A stretch of 64,000 nt of DNA from an uncultured Chloroflexia bacterium (GTDB taxonomy: Bacteria > Chloroflexota > Limnocylindria > Limnocylindrales > CSP1-4), in NCBI GenBank assembly GCA_963748625.1, contig CAVVJT010000007.1:544001-608000 (forward strand), given 5' to 3'. Positions within the stretch are counted from its first letter, which is position 1, and each line of letters opens with the position of its first letter. Of this stretch, positions 1 to 8,934 are shown piece after piece. Below the pieces are notes generated by a model. The model saw only the letters and a list, made by a program, of their open reading frames with translations. It did not search any database and was not told where the DNA came from. Made by a program: the position numbers and the translations under genes.

Positions 1-1
1 G

Positions 2-436
2 AACTTCCAGGAGGTCCTGCCGCAGATCCCGCTGCCGGACCACGTGCGTGCACTCGGGTTCAGCGGCACCGACGTGCAGGGTCTCTACGCCCGGACGGGC
101 CTGCTGGTGACGGACTACTCGTCGGTCGCGTTCAACACGGCGTACCTGGACATCCCGCTCGTGTACTTCCAGTTCGACCGGTACGACGTGCTGGGCGGCG
201 GGCACCTCGGGCGCAAGGGCTACTTCGAGTACGAGCGCGACGGCTACGGGCCGGTCTCCGTGGACCTGGAGGCGGCCGTCGCGGCGGTGGTCACCTCGAT
301 CGAGCGAGGACCGGTGCCCGCACCCGAGTACGCGGCACGCGTGGCGGCGGCCTTCCCGGTCCGCGACGGGCGCGCCTGTGCCCGGGTGGTGGAGGCGATC
401 GAGGAGCTGAGCCGGCCCTGGCGTCCGGCGGGCTGA
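2..436 (+). CDS. CDP-glycerol glycerophosphotransferase family protein (TagF/TagB-like), C-terminal part, 5' truncated by window edge
   Basis: Motif LLVTDYSSVAF..AYLDIPLVYFQFD and C-terminal DGRACARVVEAI; frame is open from position 2. Confidence 0.85.
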   Translation, partial: NFQEVLPQIPLPDHVRALGFSGTDVQGLYARTGLLVTDYSSVAFNTAYLDIPLVYFQFDRYDVLGGGHLGRKGYFEYERDGYGPVSVDLEAAVAAVVTSIERGPVPAPEYAARVAAAFPVRDGRACARVVEAIEELSRPWRPAG

Positions 437-493
437 GCCGGCCCTGGCGTCCGGCGGGCTGAGCCGGCCCTGGCGTCCGCGGAGCTGAGCCGG
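406..493. repeat. 26-bp tandem repeat, 3 copies plus a partial, spanning the stop codon of the first gene
   Basis: GCTGAGCCGGCCCTGGCGTCCGGCGG-like units start at 406, 432, 458 and (partial) 484. Confidence 0.9.
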
Positions 494-527
494 ACATCCG
501 GTCCTCGCCCGCCAGCGAACCAAGGGC

Positions 528-1274
528 ATGAAGATCCTTCGCGCCGCGCTCGTCGCGGGCTCCCTCGCGGCGATGGCGGTCAGTGTCGCGGTGGCCCCCG
601 TCGCGGCCCATGCGCCGATGGTCGTGGAGCCCGGCAACGGGTCGCCGGCGACCGCCTTCGTGCTCGACGACCCGACCCTCTCCCGGGCGATCGGCGCCAC
701 CCTGGACGCGCCGGGCGAGGTGGACTGGTACCGGATGGACCTGCGAGCCGGCGATGCACTGGTCGTGGAGGTGACCGCGCCCGACGCCGTCGGCGGCATC
801 GCACCCTCGTTCGCCCTGCTCGGCCCGGGACTGCCCGCGCCCGCCGATGACGCGACGGCCGCGCTGGCGGCCGCTGCACGTGCCGACGGCGCCCTGACCC
901 ATGAGGCAGAAGGGGGCGGGCGCGAGGTCCACGGCGGTCTTGGCTTCATCTCCTGGGGCGGCGTCCGGACGACCGCCCCCGCTGACGGCACCTACTGGAT
1001 CGCCGTCCGCGCAGCCGAGGATGGTGCCACCGGCAAGTACGTGCTCGCGCCCGGCGTCCGGGAGGAGTTCGGGCCCGGAGCTGTCGGAGGGATGGCGGAT
1101 CTCGTCACGTTCTTCGACGCCCCGTGGCCAACGGTGCCGGGCTCGCCAACCCCCACGGACGGGGCAGATGGCACGCTGGTCGTCGTCGTGCTTGTCGTGG
1201 TGGGTGCCGTCGTCGGTGGGGTGCTTGTGGCCGGGATCCGGCGCGGGCGGAGCGCTGCCCAGCCGGCGCCATAG
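528..1274 (+). CDS. Secreted/membrane-anchored protein with a PPC-like beta domain
   Basis: N-terminal signal peptide (..APVAAHAP), EVDWYRMDL..GD motif, Pro/Thr linker, C-terminal TM helix with basic tail. Confidence 0.7.
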   Translation: MKILRAALVAGSLAAMAVSVAVAPVAAHAPMVVEPGNGSPATAFVLDDPTLSRAIGATLDAPGEVDWYRMDLRAGDALVVEVTAPDAVGGIAPSFALLGPGLPAPADDATAALAAAARADGALTHEAEGGGREVHGGLGFISWGGVRTTAPADGTYWIAVRAAEDGATGKYVLAPGVREEFGPGAVGGMADLVTFFDAPWPTVPGSPTPTDGADGTLVVVVLVVVGAVVGGVLVAGIRRGRSAAQPAP

Positions 1275-1330
1275 GTGACGGGCGGCACCCGCCCGCGGAT
1301 CCTCCCAGTGCTGGTGCCGCTCCCCGCGTC

Positions 1331-2662
1331 TCAGCGTCCCCGTCGCTGCCAGGCGGGCAGGTCGTCCGCCCACGAGATGTCCGTTGCCGCCCCGGTGACC
1401 GGATCGACGAGATAGGCCCTCGACGTCTCGCCGATCACCTGGAGCACGGAGGTCCCGTCGGGCGACCAGTCCTTCCAGGTGTCGGGGTTGGAGGTGGCGT
1501 CGACGCGGATGCCGATGTCGCGAGCCGGCGCCGACCCGTCCGCGGGCAGCACCGCGATCCAGCCCGCGCCGTTGGGGGTCTCCAGGTCGGTCGGGAAGAT
1601 GAAGTGCTGGACGAGCAGCTGTGAGCCGTCCGGGGAGAAGACCGGCCACGCCTCGTTGATGCGGGGGTCGTCCGGACCCGGTAGTTCGCGGTCGTTGGAG
1701 CCGTCCGCGTTCACGAGGTGGACCCGGAAGCGCGTGACCAGGGTGTCGAGGTCGAGCGCAATGGCGTTGTACGCGATGACCTTCCCGTCCGGTGACCACG
1801 CGGCCCCCGAGAGCGTGTGCTGCGGGCCGAAGGCGGACTGTCCGGGCAGGCCCAACGGGCGGAGGTTGCCCCCGTCGGCGTCGGCAAGGTAGAGATCCAT
1901 GGCACCCACACCCGTCGTCTTGTGGGCCCGCAGGAGGAACGTGTTGGGATCGATCGGGCTCCAGAAGCCCTCCCATGGCACCAGGCCCTCGAAGACGAGC
2001 TCGCGGGCACCGGAGCCATCGGCCTGGACGTCGTACAGGCGCTTGGTCCCGCCGAACTCGCCGCTCACGAGGAGGTGCCTGCTGTCGAGCGCCCAGGACC
2101 ACTGCGACCACCCCTCCCCGATCTGATCAGGGAGGAGCCGGCGGGGGTTGGCGCCGTCGATGTCCACGGCCCACAGATCGTCGCCACCTTCGCCAGCCTG
2201 GGCGTACACGAACGTGCGGCCGTCCGGGGACAGGTACGGCGCGTACTCCTTCGCCGGTCCGGCGACGAGCGGCCGTCCGGGTGCGGCGTCGGTGATGCCG
2301 TCGCGGATGAAGATGTCACCGCGGCTCGGGTAGACGATGGCGCCGTTCACGGCGGGCCCGACCGGCAGGGGGATCTTGGGCCGGGACCCGGCGATGAGGA
2401 TCGCCGTTGCGGCAAGCGCCAGCAGCGCGAGGATGACCACGATGACGAGGGGGCGCAGGGCCGAACGTCCGGCCGGGACCGGTGCGAGGGTCACGTCCAT
2501 GGGGAGCCACCTTCCCGGGAAGCTCCAGCGCGGCCGCTGCGACGTGCGCGCGGTCTGCCGGAGGAGGTCTTCGAGGTAGTCAGGACGGCGCGCCGGGGCG
2601 ATCTCCTCCAGGGCGGACGAGATGCGCTGCTCGAAGGGATCGAACTGGTCGAAGGCAGTCAT
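1331..2662 (-). CDS. Putative anti-sigma factor with TM helix and TolB/PD40-like beta-propeller
   Basis: ATGA overlap with upstream ECF sigma; short N-terminal domain, TM, repeated W/FSPDG motifs. Confidence 0.8.
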   Translation of the reverse strand: MTAFDQFDPFEQRISSALEEIAPARRPDYLEDLLRQTARTSQRPRWSFPGRWLPMDVTLAPVPAGRSALRPLVIVVILALLALAATAILIAGSRPKIPLPVGPAVNGAIVYPSRGDIFIRDGITDAAPGRPLVAGPAKEYAPYLSPDGRTFVYAQAGEGGDDLWAVDIDGANPRRLLPDQIGEGWSQWSWALDSRHLLVSGEFGGTKRLYDVQADGSGARELVFEGLVPWEGFWSPIDPNTFLLRAHKTTGVGAMDLYLADADGGNLRPLGLPGQSAFGPQHTLSGAAWSPDGKVIAYNAIALDLDTLVTRFRVHLVNADGSNDRELPGPDDPRINEAWPVFSPDGSQLLVQHFIFPTDLETPNGAGWIAVLPADGSAPARDIGIRVDATSNPDTWKDWSPDGTSVLQVIGETSRAYLVDPVTGAATDISWADDLPAWQRRGR

Positions 2663-3219
2663 GCCGTCCGGCCTCCTTCCAGCTCCGCCAGGGCGGAGGG
2701 ATCCGCGGCGAGCGTCCGGCGCAACCCCTGCATCGCCCGGTGGAGCCGCGACTTCGCCGCCGGGAGACTGATCCCGAGCGAGGACGCGGCTTCGGGGAGG
2801 GGGTAGCCGAGGTAGTAGTGCAGCACGACGAGCGCGCGGTGCTCCGGGTCCAGGCGGGCCAGGGCCCGCTCGACGAGGTCGCGGTCCGCGAGGTGGCGGG
2901 CGGTGTCGCCCGTCGCCGGCTCGTGGATGGGGTTGATCTCGATCTCGATCGGGCGGCGCCGGCGCCGGCGGGCCTGGTCGAGGCAGCTGTTGACCAGGAG
3001 GCGGTGGAGCCAGGCGTCAAACCGGTCCGGGTCACGAAGTCCGGGCAGATCGCGCCAGGCGCGGATCAGGGCGTCCTGGACGGCATCGCGCGCGAGCTCG
3101 CCGTCGCGGAGGATCAGGCGCGCGGCCGCGTCCAGGCGGGCCGCCGATGCCGTGACGAGCACGGCGAAGGCGTCGTGATCGCCCCGCGCTGCCCGCTCGA
3201 CGAGCGTCTGCCGGTCCAC
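2659..3219 (-). CDS. ECF-family RNA polymerase sigma factor
   Basis: Region 2 (ARDAVQDALIRAW..FDAWLHRLLVN) and region 4 (LDPEHRALVVLHYYLG..AAKSRLHRA). Confidence 0.95.
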   Translation of the reverse strand: MDRQTLVERAARGDHDAFAVLVTASAARLDAAARLILRDGELARDAVQDALIRAWRDLPGLRDPDRFDAWLHRLLVNSCLDQARRRRRRPIEIEINPIHEPATGDTARHLADRDLVERALARLDPEHRALVVLHYYLGYPLPEAASSLGISLPAAKSRLHRAMQGLRRTLAADPSALAELEGGRTA

Positions 3220-3269
3220 GGTCCGTGGTTCCTCACCCTGGGCCCGGCACAGGTGTCCGGGTCTGCAGG

Positions 3270-3303
3270 GTATGGCGTCGGCGCAAGGGGTTTCGTTTCG
3301 CGG
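3270..3303 (-). promoter_or_regulatory. Putative ECF-dependent promoter GAAAC-N17-CGCCAT upstream of the ECF sigma
   Basis: Minus strand ccgcGAAACgaaaccccttgcgccgaCGCCATac; near-identical copy at 5098-5131. Confidence 0.6.
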
Positions 3304-3464
3304 GACTGCGGCTCAGCCTCGGGCGGAAGAGGGCGAGCCGGCCGTCGGTCACCGGCTTGACGGAGCACCCGGCCGGAGCAGGAGGTGGCGGTAGCCCCAG
3401 TGGTCCTGGGCCTGCACGTAGGCCTCCGCGACGATCTCGAGTCCGGCCGCGGTGGTACCGGAAC

Positions 3465-3575
3465 GCCCCAGCGATGGGGCGAACTGGGATCGTCCCCTCG
3501 TGGCTCACCGCCTGGGATGCGTGATGGGAGATTGGGCCATGCGGGCAGGGCGCCAGAATCCCCCATCGCTGGAGG
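3465..3575. repeat. 111-bp palindromic intergenic element (family A, copy 1)
   Basis: Terminal 16-mers GCCCCAgcgaTGGGGC and CCCCCAtcgcTGGAGG are inverted relative to each other; same length as the other family A copies. Confidence 0.7.
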
Positions 3576-3643
3576 ACACGAGTGGGATCCGGGGCGCCGG
3601 GCTTCTCGGGCGTGCGACGATCCGCGCCACAAGGAGGCTGCCC

Positions 3644-4234
3644 GTGGAGTTCACCGACGTCGTCATGAAGCGCCGCGCGGTGCGGAGGTTCGAGGAGGGC
3701 GGGGTCGACCGGGACGTGCTCGAGCGCATCGCGCGGCTCGCCCAGCGGACGCCCTCAGCCGGGTTCAGCCAGGGCCAGCGCCTGGTCGTGGTCGTGGATC
3801 CGGAGCGGCGGCGCGAGCTTGCCCGCCTGTGCGGCGAGGAGGCCTACGTGGAGATGGGCATGGGCCCGTGGATCAGCCAGTGCGCGGCGCTCTTCGTCCC
3901 GTGCGTGTCCGAGGCCATCTACCACCGCCGCTACCAGGAGCCCGACAAGCTCCAGGACGACGGTACCGAGATCGACTGGCCGATCCCCTACTGGTGGATC
4001 GACGTCGGCGCGACCATGCAGAACATCATGCTGGCCGCGGTGGACGAAGGCCTGGGCTGCGGCTTCGCGGGCGGCGAGCCGTCCGAGATCCGCGCCTTCC
4101 TGGGCCTGCCCGACGAGCTGGCGCCGATCGGCGTCATGCCGGTGGGCCGGCCGCTGTCCGACGTGCGCTCGCCCAGCCTGAAGCGCGGCTGGGTCCCGTT
4201 CGAGGAGTTCGCCCGCTGGGACCGCTGGGCATAG
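3644..4234 (+). CDS. Nitroreductase family protein
   Basis: KRRAVRRF, RTPSAGFSQ, DVGATMQNIMLAAVDEGLG motifs; AAGGAGG RBS before GTG 3644. Confidence 0.92.
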   Translation: MEFTDVVMKRRAVRRFEEGGVDRDVLERIARLAQRTPSAGFSQGQRLVVVVDPERRRELARLCGEEAYVEMGMGPWISQCAALFVPCVSEAIYHRRYQEPDKLQDDGTEIDWPIPYWWIDVGATMQNIMLAAVDEGLGCGFAGGEPSEIRAFLGLPDELAPIGVMPVGRPLSDVRSPSLKRGWVPFEEFARWDRWA

Positions 4235-4238
4235 CGGT

Positions 4239-4266
4239 GGCTGGCGATCCCTGGGGACCGCCAGCC
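4239..4266 (+). terminator. GC-rich hairpin after the nitroreductase gene
   Basis: GGCTGGCGatccctggggacCGCCAGCC stem; no clear U-tract. Confidence 0.35.
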
Positions 4267-4387
4267 GTCGATGCCGAGGGATGTGCGCTAGTGTCTCGTG
4301 CCGCCAATGCCTGGCGGATACCCCTGCGTGCCCGTGCCGCTGATCGGAAGGGGCATCACCGGGCGTCGCCCACGACGGCTGCTGCCG

Positions 4388-4537
4388 TGCGCGCCCGGCA
4401 CGCACACGGAGCGGTGACGTCGCGGGATGTGCGCCCCGTGCTCCGCCCGTGCGCTCCGCCAGGGTCCCGAGGGCACGACCTGCGCACCAGCCGCGCATCG
4501 AGCGCTCCGGCCGCACCGTGTGGCCGTCCGGCGCGCA
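4388..4537. repeat. 150-bp palindromic intergenic element (family B, copy 1)
   Basis: Imperfect 22-bp TIR TGCGCGCC..CACACGG / CCGTGTG..GGCGCGCA; co-linear with 10160-10309. Confidence 0.7.
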
Positions 4538-4618
4538 GCCGGACGGAGACAGGACCCGGACGGCGCCAGGACCCGGAGCGGCGGTCCGCACGCCGCGAGC
4601 GACCAGCGAATCGGGACA

Positions 4619-5050
4619 CTAGTAGCTGATGATCCCCACGTAGTGGTCGATCACGCCGTTGGCGACGTAGTCGCCCACGAGGTTGCCGCCGCCGTGGGCA
4701 CCCGCATATGCGCCAGTGCCGCCGATGACCTTCCAGCCGCCCTGGTCCTGCGGTGACCCGTTGGCCGTGGCCGCGCTCAGGTGGATCGTGAGCGAGTCGG
4801 TCCCGCCGTCGCAGAAGAAGGTCTTGTCGAGGTGGAAGGTGCCGGCCCGGCCGCCGCCGGCGAACCGGAAGTTCGAGCTGGTGGACGTGCCCGAGGGACA
4901 GAAGCCGCCGGAGGCGACGAACGTCTCGGCGCCGCCGAAGCCGGGGACCGTGAGCGTGATCTCCACCTTCGACGCGGCTATCGCGCCCGGCGCGATGAGG
5001 GCAGCCGCGATCATGCCCGCAGCGAGCGGACGCAGGAACGGGACGCGCAT
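4619..5050 (-). CDS. Small secreted beta-rich hypothetical protein
   Basis: Signal peptide MRVPFLRPLAAGMIAAALIAPGAIA; W.VIGGTGAYAGAHGGG motif; GAGG RBS. Confidence 0.75.
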   Translation of the reverse strand: MRVPFLRPLAAGMIAAALIAPGAIAASKVEITLTVPGFGGAETFVASGGFCPSGTSTSSNFRFAGGGRAGTFHLDKTFFCDGGTDSLTIHLSAATANGSPQDQGGWKVIGGTGAYAGAHGGGNLVGDYVANGVIDHYVGIISY

Positions 5051-5097
5051 GTGGTTCCTCCCTGTAGACGCGGGGCGGCTGATACCGCCCACACGCT

Positions 5098-5131
5098 GTA
5101 TGGCGTCGGCGGATGCCGGATCGTTTCGCGG
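5098..5131 (-). promoter_or_regulatory. Second copy of the putative ECF promoter
   Basis: Minus strand ccgcGAAACgatccggcatccgccgaCGCCATac, same spacing as 3270-3303. Confidence 0.6.
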
Positions 5132-5133
5132 TC

Positions 5134-5829
5134 CTACGGGCTGACGGCCGCGAGCCCTGCGAGCAGCGGCACCAGCATCACGATGGCACCGGCCACCACG
5201 CCGACCACGACCCCGACGATCCGGCGTGGCACCTCCTGCTCCTCGGCACGGGCGACCCTCGCGATGGCGTCGGCGTCAATCGGGCGGACGGGGACCGCCG
5301 CCAGGGCGGCAATCCGGACAGGCGCGGAGACGACGTCCTCGCCGATTGCCGCCCACGCGGCCGCGAGGCGCTGCGCCGCCGTGCCGGCCCGGCGGCCGAG
5401 GATCGTGTCCAGCTCCTCGGGGGTGAGACCTGCCAGGTGGTGCAGGGCGAGAAGCGAGCGGTCGGCGGGCACGAGGACACCGAGCGGGATGCGGCTCTCG
5501 CCCGTCCACGCGGGCGAGCCGGGCGGGAGGACGCCCTCGACCGCCAGGTGGACGAGCCGCTCGGCTTCGACCGTCGCGAGCCTGCACAGCCACGGCTCGA
5601 TGTCGGCTGGCGCATGTGGCTGCCGGATGCCCGTCCACGCGGCGACCAGGGCAGCGCGGACCGCGGCCACGGCGGCGGGCATCTCGCCGGTGACCAGCCA
5701 GGCCACCCGGGTCATCGCCTCGCCATGCAGGCGCACGAGGCGCGCAAAGGCATGACCGTCCCTCGCGGCAGCCATGGCGGCGAGCTCCCCGGAGGTCGCG
5801 CTGTCGATGTCGGGACGCTGGACGGACAC
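5134..5829 (-). CDS. Degenerate ECF sigma-like protein with C-terminal TM helix
   Basis: Sigma2-like (DGHAFARLVRLH..VAAW..EPWLCRLA) and sigma4-like (DRSLLALHHLAGLTPEELDTILG) segments, then hydrophobic C-terminus; start uncertain. Confidence 0.65.
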   Translation of the reverse strand: MSVQRPDIDSATSGELAAMAAARDGHAFARLVRLHGEAMTRVAWLVTGEMPAAVAAVRAALVAAWTGIRQPHAPADIEPWLCRLATVEAERLVHLAVEGVLPPGSPAWTGESRIPLGVLVPADRSLLALHHLAGLTPEELDTILGRRAGTAAQRLAAAWAAIGEDVVSAPVRIAALAAVPVRPIDADAIARVARAEEQEVPRRIVGVVVGVVAGAIVMLVPLLAGLAAVSP

Positions 5830-5969
5830 CCGCTGATCCTCGCACCTTCGGGCCTGCAACCACAGCACACGACCCGTGTCAGGTGGTTCGCCGTCGCCGC
5901 AGATCCGGATGTTCCGCCTCGGCGCGACGTTCAGCGATCCGCCCTGCTCACGCTGTCCGGGCCTCGGTC

Positions 5970-6227
5970 TCAGGTGCGGGCAGCAGCCTTCGAAGGACGC
6001 GGCAGCATCGTGCGCTGCCGCGTCAGCCCCACACCCGCAATGATGATCACCCCGCCCGCGAGCTGGAGCAGTCCCACCGGCTCGCTGAGGAAGAGCGCGC
6101 AGGTGAGCGGCCCGAACTCCCCGATCGCGGCCTTGACGACCGGGAAGCTGGCCGACCAGATGATGACCATGGCGAACAGGCGAGCGTCGGCGATCCGCCG
6201 CTCCCGCGCCGCCTGGGGCGCAGACAT
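5970..6227 (-). pseudogene. Internally deleted EamA/DMT transporter remnant
   Basis: EamA N-terminal motif (IIWSASFPVVKAAIGEFGPL) joined directly to C-terminal motif (LFLSEPVGLLQLAGGVIIIAGV); only 85 aa. Confidence 0.65.
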
Positions 6228-6309
6228 GACGACGCCCGCCGGTCTGGCGGGCGTCTCGTGCGGGCTCGGGGTTCCGGCGGCGTCGGGGCCGCTGGACGGG
6301 GCCTGTCGA

Positions 6310-6465
6310 TCAGGCGCCTTCCTGCTCGAGCTCCAGCGCCTCTTCGTCGTCCTCCTCGGTCAGCTTGAGCCACACGAAGAGGCCGGCCAGCACGACCATG
6401 GGGATGACGATCAGCGCGCCCAGGGTGACCCCGAGCGCGACGGCAACGGTCTTGAGTGCCCTCAT
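6310..6465 (-). CDS. 51-aa single-TM protein with acidic tail (not in ORF track)
   Basis: AAGGAGG RBS; MRALKTVAVALGVTLGALIVIPMVVLAGLFVWLKLTEEDDEEALELEQEGA. Confidence 0.7.
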   Translation of the reverse strand: MRALKTVAVALGVTLGALIVIPMVVLAGLFVWLKLTEEDDEEALELEQEGA

Positions 6466-6525
6466 CGGCCGGGCCTCCTTGCTACGACGGGAACGAATGG
6501 ATTGTGCCCCCTGCGGGGCGGTATG

Positions 6526-7029
6526 TCACGCCTCGCCGATGGGCCGGCCGCGCAGCGTTGGCGCCTGGACGATGAGCCCCTCGATGTCGTCGTGCGTGAA
6601 CTCGGCGAGCTGGTGGTGGACCCCCGCCTGGCCGGCGAGCAGCAGGCGGATCACGAACGCGCCGTCCTGCTCCAGCAGGAACGTGTCCTTGGGGCGCTGC
6701 TCGTCCACCCAGCGGCCGATCACGCGCAGGGAACGCTCGTAGCCGGGCTTCATGGCGGCGATCGACCCGGTGCCGCGGCGGCCGACGCACTCCTCCATGA
6801 ACTTGGCGATGTCGTCATCGAGGAAGGTGAAGGTCTCCTTGACCATGCTGCCCATGGCATCCGACCAGGAGCCGGCCGAGGCCCCGGCCATCACCAGGCC
6901 CTGGACGACGAAGCCGTCAGGAACCTCGACCAGGAGGATGTCCTTCATGTGCTGGCCGTCGAGGAACGCGCCGATGGAGCGGAAGACCTCCTCGAAGTCC
7001 TGCCGGGGGCTCCCCTCGTAGATCCGCAT
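6526..7029 (-). CDS. Hypothetical protein made of two tandem homologous domains
   Basis: FEEVFRSIGAFLD..KDILLVEVPDGFVV vs YERSLRVIGRWVD..KDTFLLEQDGAFVI; GAGG RBS. Confidence 0.8.
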   Translation of the reverse strand: MRIYEGSPRQDFEEVFRSIGAFLDGQHMKDILLVEVPDGFVVQGLVMAGASAGSWSDAMGSMVKETFTFLDDDIAKFMEECVGRRGTGSIAAMKPGYERSLRVIGRWVDEQRPKDTFLLEQDGAFVIRLLLAGQAGVHHQLAEFTHDDIEGLIVQAPTLRGRPIGEA

Positions 7030-7081
7030 GCGTCGTCCCTCGTATCGGCGCCGATCTGCCCCCGCCTGGGGGTCCGCCCGC

Positions 7082-8026
7082 CTAGGAGCCGGTGGTCCGG
7101 TCCAGCAAGCCCAGGTCTCGTGCCCGTCGCTCGCTCGAACGGAAGATCGCGGTTGCCCCGAGTGTAACCACCGCTCCGGTGGCGAACAAGGCGAGAACGA
7201 TCGTCAGGCCGTCGGGAGCCGATGTTCCGGTGACGGCGGTCCACACGGAGCCCTCGCCGCCGATGGCCGTGGGCAGGGACGGGGCGACGGCCTGGCGCAC
7301 GCCCTCCAGCCACCACGTGACCGGGTTCACCAGCCCGACCACCTGGAGTGCCGCGGGCAGGACCGCCAGCGGGAAGACCACGCCACTGACGAGGAACATG
7401 GCACCCGCGAACGCCTCCGGGTATGACCAGCTCTCCTGGCGGGTCTGCAGGCAGATCGCGCCGATGAAGACCCCCAGCGCGATGATCGGCACAACGCCCA
7501 GCACCAGCGAGGCTGCGAGGAGCGGCCACCCAATGGTGGATGGGTCGATCCGCAGGCCGAGCACGACCACGCCGAACACAAGCGCGATGACCGTCCCCAT
7601 CGCCCCGATCGCCAGGCGCGCGCCGCCACGCCCCACGATGGTCACCAGGAGGGTCGCCGGGCTGACCGCCACGTACTTGAGCATCCGGTACCTTTCGCGG
7701 TCGTCGAGGATCGTCCAGGCCGGCCCCGTGATCCCGGCCACGAGCATCGCCCATAGCGCGCTGCCCAGGATCACGAACGTCCTGGCGGCCTCGTCGGTGG
7801 TGCTGCCCACGATCGCCACCATCGCGTACAGGAGCAGCAGCGAGGCGATCGGCTTCACGACCGAGTAGATGATGAACAGCGTGGGGTCGGTCCAGTTGGC
7901 CTCCACCTTCCAGCCCAGGAGCAGCGAGGTGCGCAGGTGGCGCGCCGTGTCGGACAGCCCCTCGCCCTCGGCCCGGGCACGGTCGAAGGAGGTCCCGGAC
8001 GGCGACCGGAACGCGTCGGCGCTCAT
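7082..8026 (-). CDS. ABC-2 type exporter permease
   Basis: Multiple TMs, SGVVFPLAVLP..VNPVTWWLEGVR motif; overlaps upstream permease stop. Confidence 0.9.
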   Translation of the reverse strand: MSADAFRSPSGTSFDRARAEGEGLSDTARHLRTSLLLGWKVEANWTDPTLFIIYSVVKPIASLLLLYAMVAIVGSTTDEAARTFVILGSALWAMLVAGITGPAWTILDDRERYRMLKYVAVSPATLLVTIVGRGGARLAIGAMGTVIALVFGVVVLGLRIDPSTIGWPLLAASLVLGVVPIIALGVFIGAICLQTRQESWSYPEAFAGAMFLVSGVVFPLAVLPAALQVVGLVNPVTWWLEGVRQAVAPSLPTAIGGEGSVWTAVTGTSAPDGLTIVLALFATGAVVTLGATAIFRSSERRARDLGLLDRTTGS

Positions 8027-8934
8027 TGCCAGCGGATCGAGAGGCTGCCACGCGAGCGGGCCATCCGCTCGATCGTGCGCAGCAGGTGGCGGGCCGTGAG
8101 GCCGAAGACGACGGTCATGACGGCCAGGATCACGGCCTCCACCTCCGGCGACGGCGTGCCGGTGATGTACGGCTCGCCCGCGAACACCAGCTGGCGCATG
8201 GCGTCGAGGCCGACCGCGAACGGGATGGTCGCGATGGCGATGGCGCCGAGCATGCCCAGCCTGCCCACGGGGAAGTTGAGACCGGACACGAAGTAGACGG
8301 GCTCGATGACGAGGTTGGTGAGGTGGAACGCCTCGCGACCCCAGACCAGGAACAGGCTCGCCAGCATCATCCCCAGGCCGTAGAGCGCGGTCATCGTGAG
8401 CACGAACACCACGACCAGCAGGCCCCACTGCTCAACGTTGAACTGGACGCCGAAGAACCAGGTCGAGATGACGAGCACCGCCGCGGCGCGCGTGCTGGAC
8501 ATCACGAGGCCGCCCACGGCCATCCCGATGAGCACGGCCATCAGATGCATGGGTGCCGCGAAGTAGAGCTCCAGGTTGCCCTGGCTCTTCTCCCAGTAGA
8601 GCTGCCCGGCCATCATCCAGACCACGTTGAGCCAGAACGCCGAGAGCGCCCCGCCCAGGACCACGTAGCCGATGTACGCCTCCGGGGCCCCGATCGCGCG
8701 GTAGACCAGCACGAAGCCCGCCGTGGCAAGGAACGGGAGGAGGATCTCGAAGAAGACCCACGAGGGCTCGCGGGCCATGCCGCGGACGCGGGGGTAGGCG
8801 CGGCCGATCGCCGCCCGCACATTGCTCTCGATGGTCTGGCGGCGCGTCCACTCCGCGGCCTCGCGGGGATCGGTGCCGCCGCGGGTGGCGGCGAAGACGT
8901 CGGCAGGCGAGCTCATCCGGGCGGGCGAGCTCAT
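8023..8934 (-). CDS. ABC-2 type exporter permease
   Basis: WEKSQGNLELYFAAP and VSGLNFPV motifs; start lies in an 18-bp duplication (MSSPARMSSPA). Confidence 0.9.
   Translation of the reverse strand: MSSPARMSSPADVFAATRGGTDPREAAEWTRRQTIESNVRAAIGRAYPRVRGMAREPSWVFFEILLPFLATAGFVLVYRAIGAPEAYIGYVVLGGALSAFWLNVVWMMAGQLYWEKSQGNLELYFAAPMHLMAVLIGMAVGGLVMSSTRAAAVLVISTWFFGVQFNVEQWGLLVVVFVLTMTALYGLGMMLASLFLVWGREAFHLTNLVIEPVYFVSGLNFPVGRLGMLGAIAIATIPFAVGLDAMRQLVFAGEPYITGTPSPEVEAVILAVMTVVFGLTARHLLRTIERMARSRGSLSIRWQ

Noticed and set aside
406-493. 26-bp repeats as a CRISPR array
   Set aside because: Units are head-to-tail without unique spacers, and there are no cas genes.
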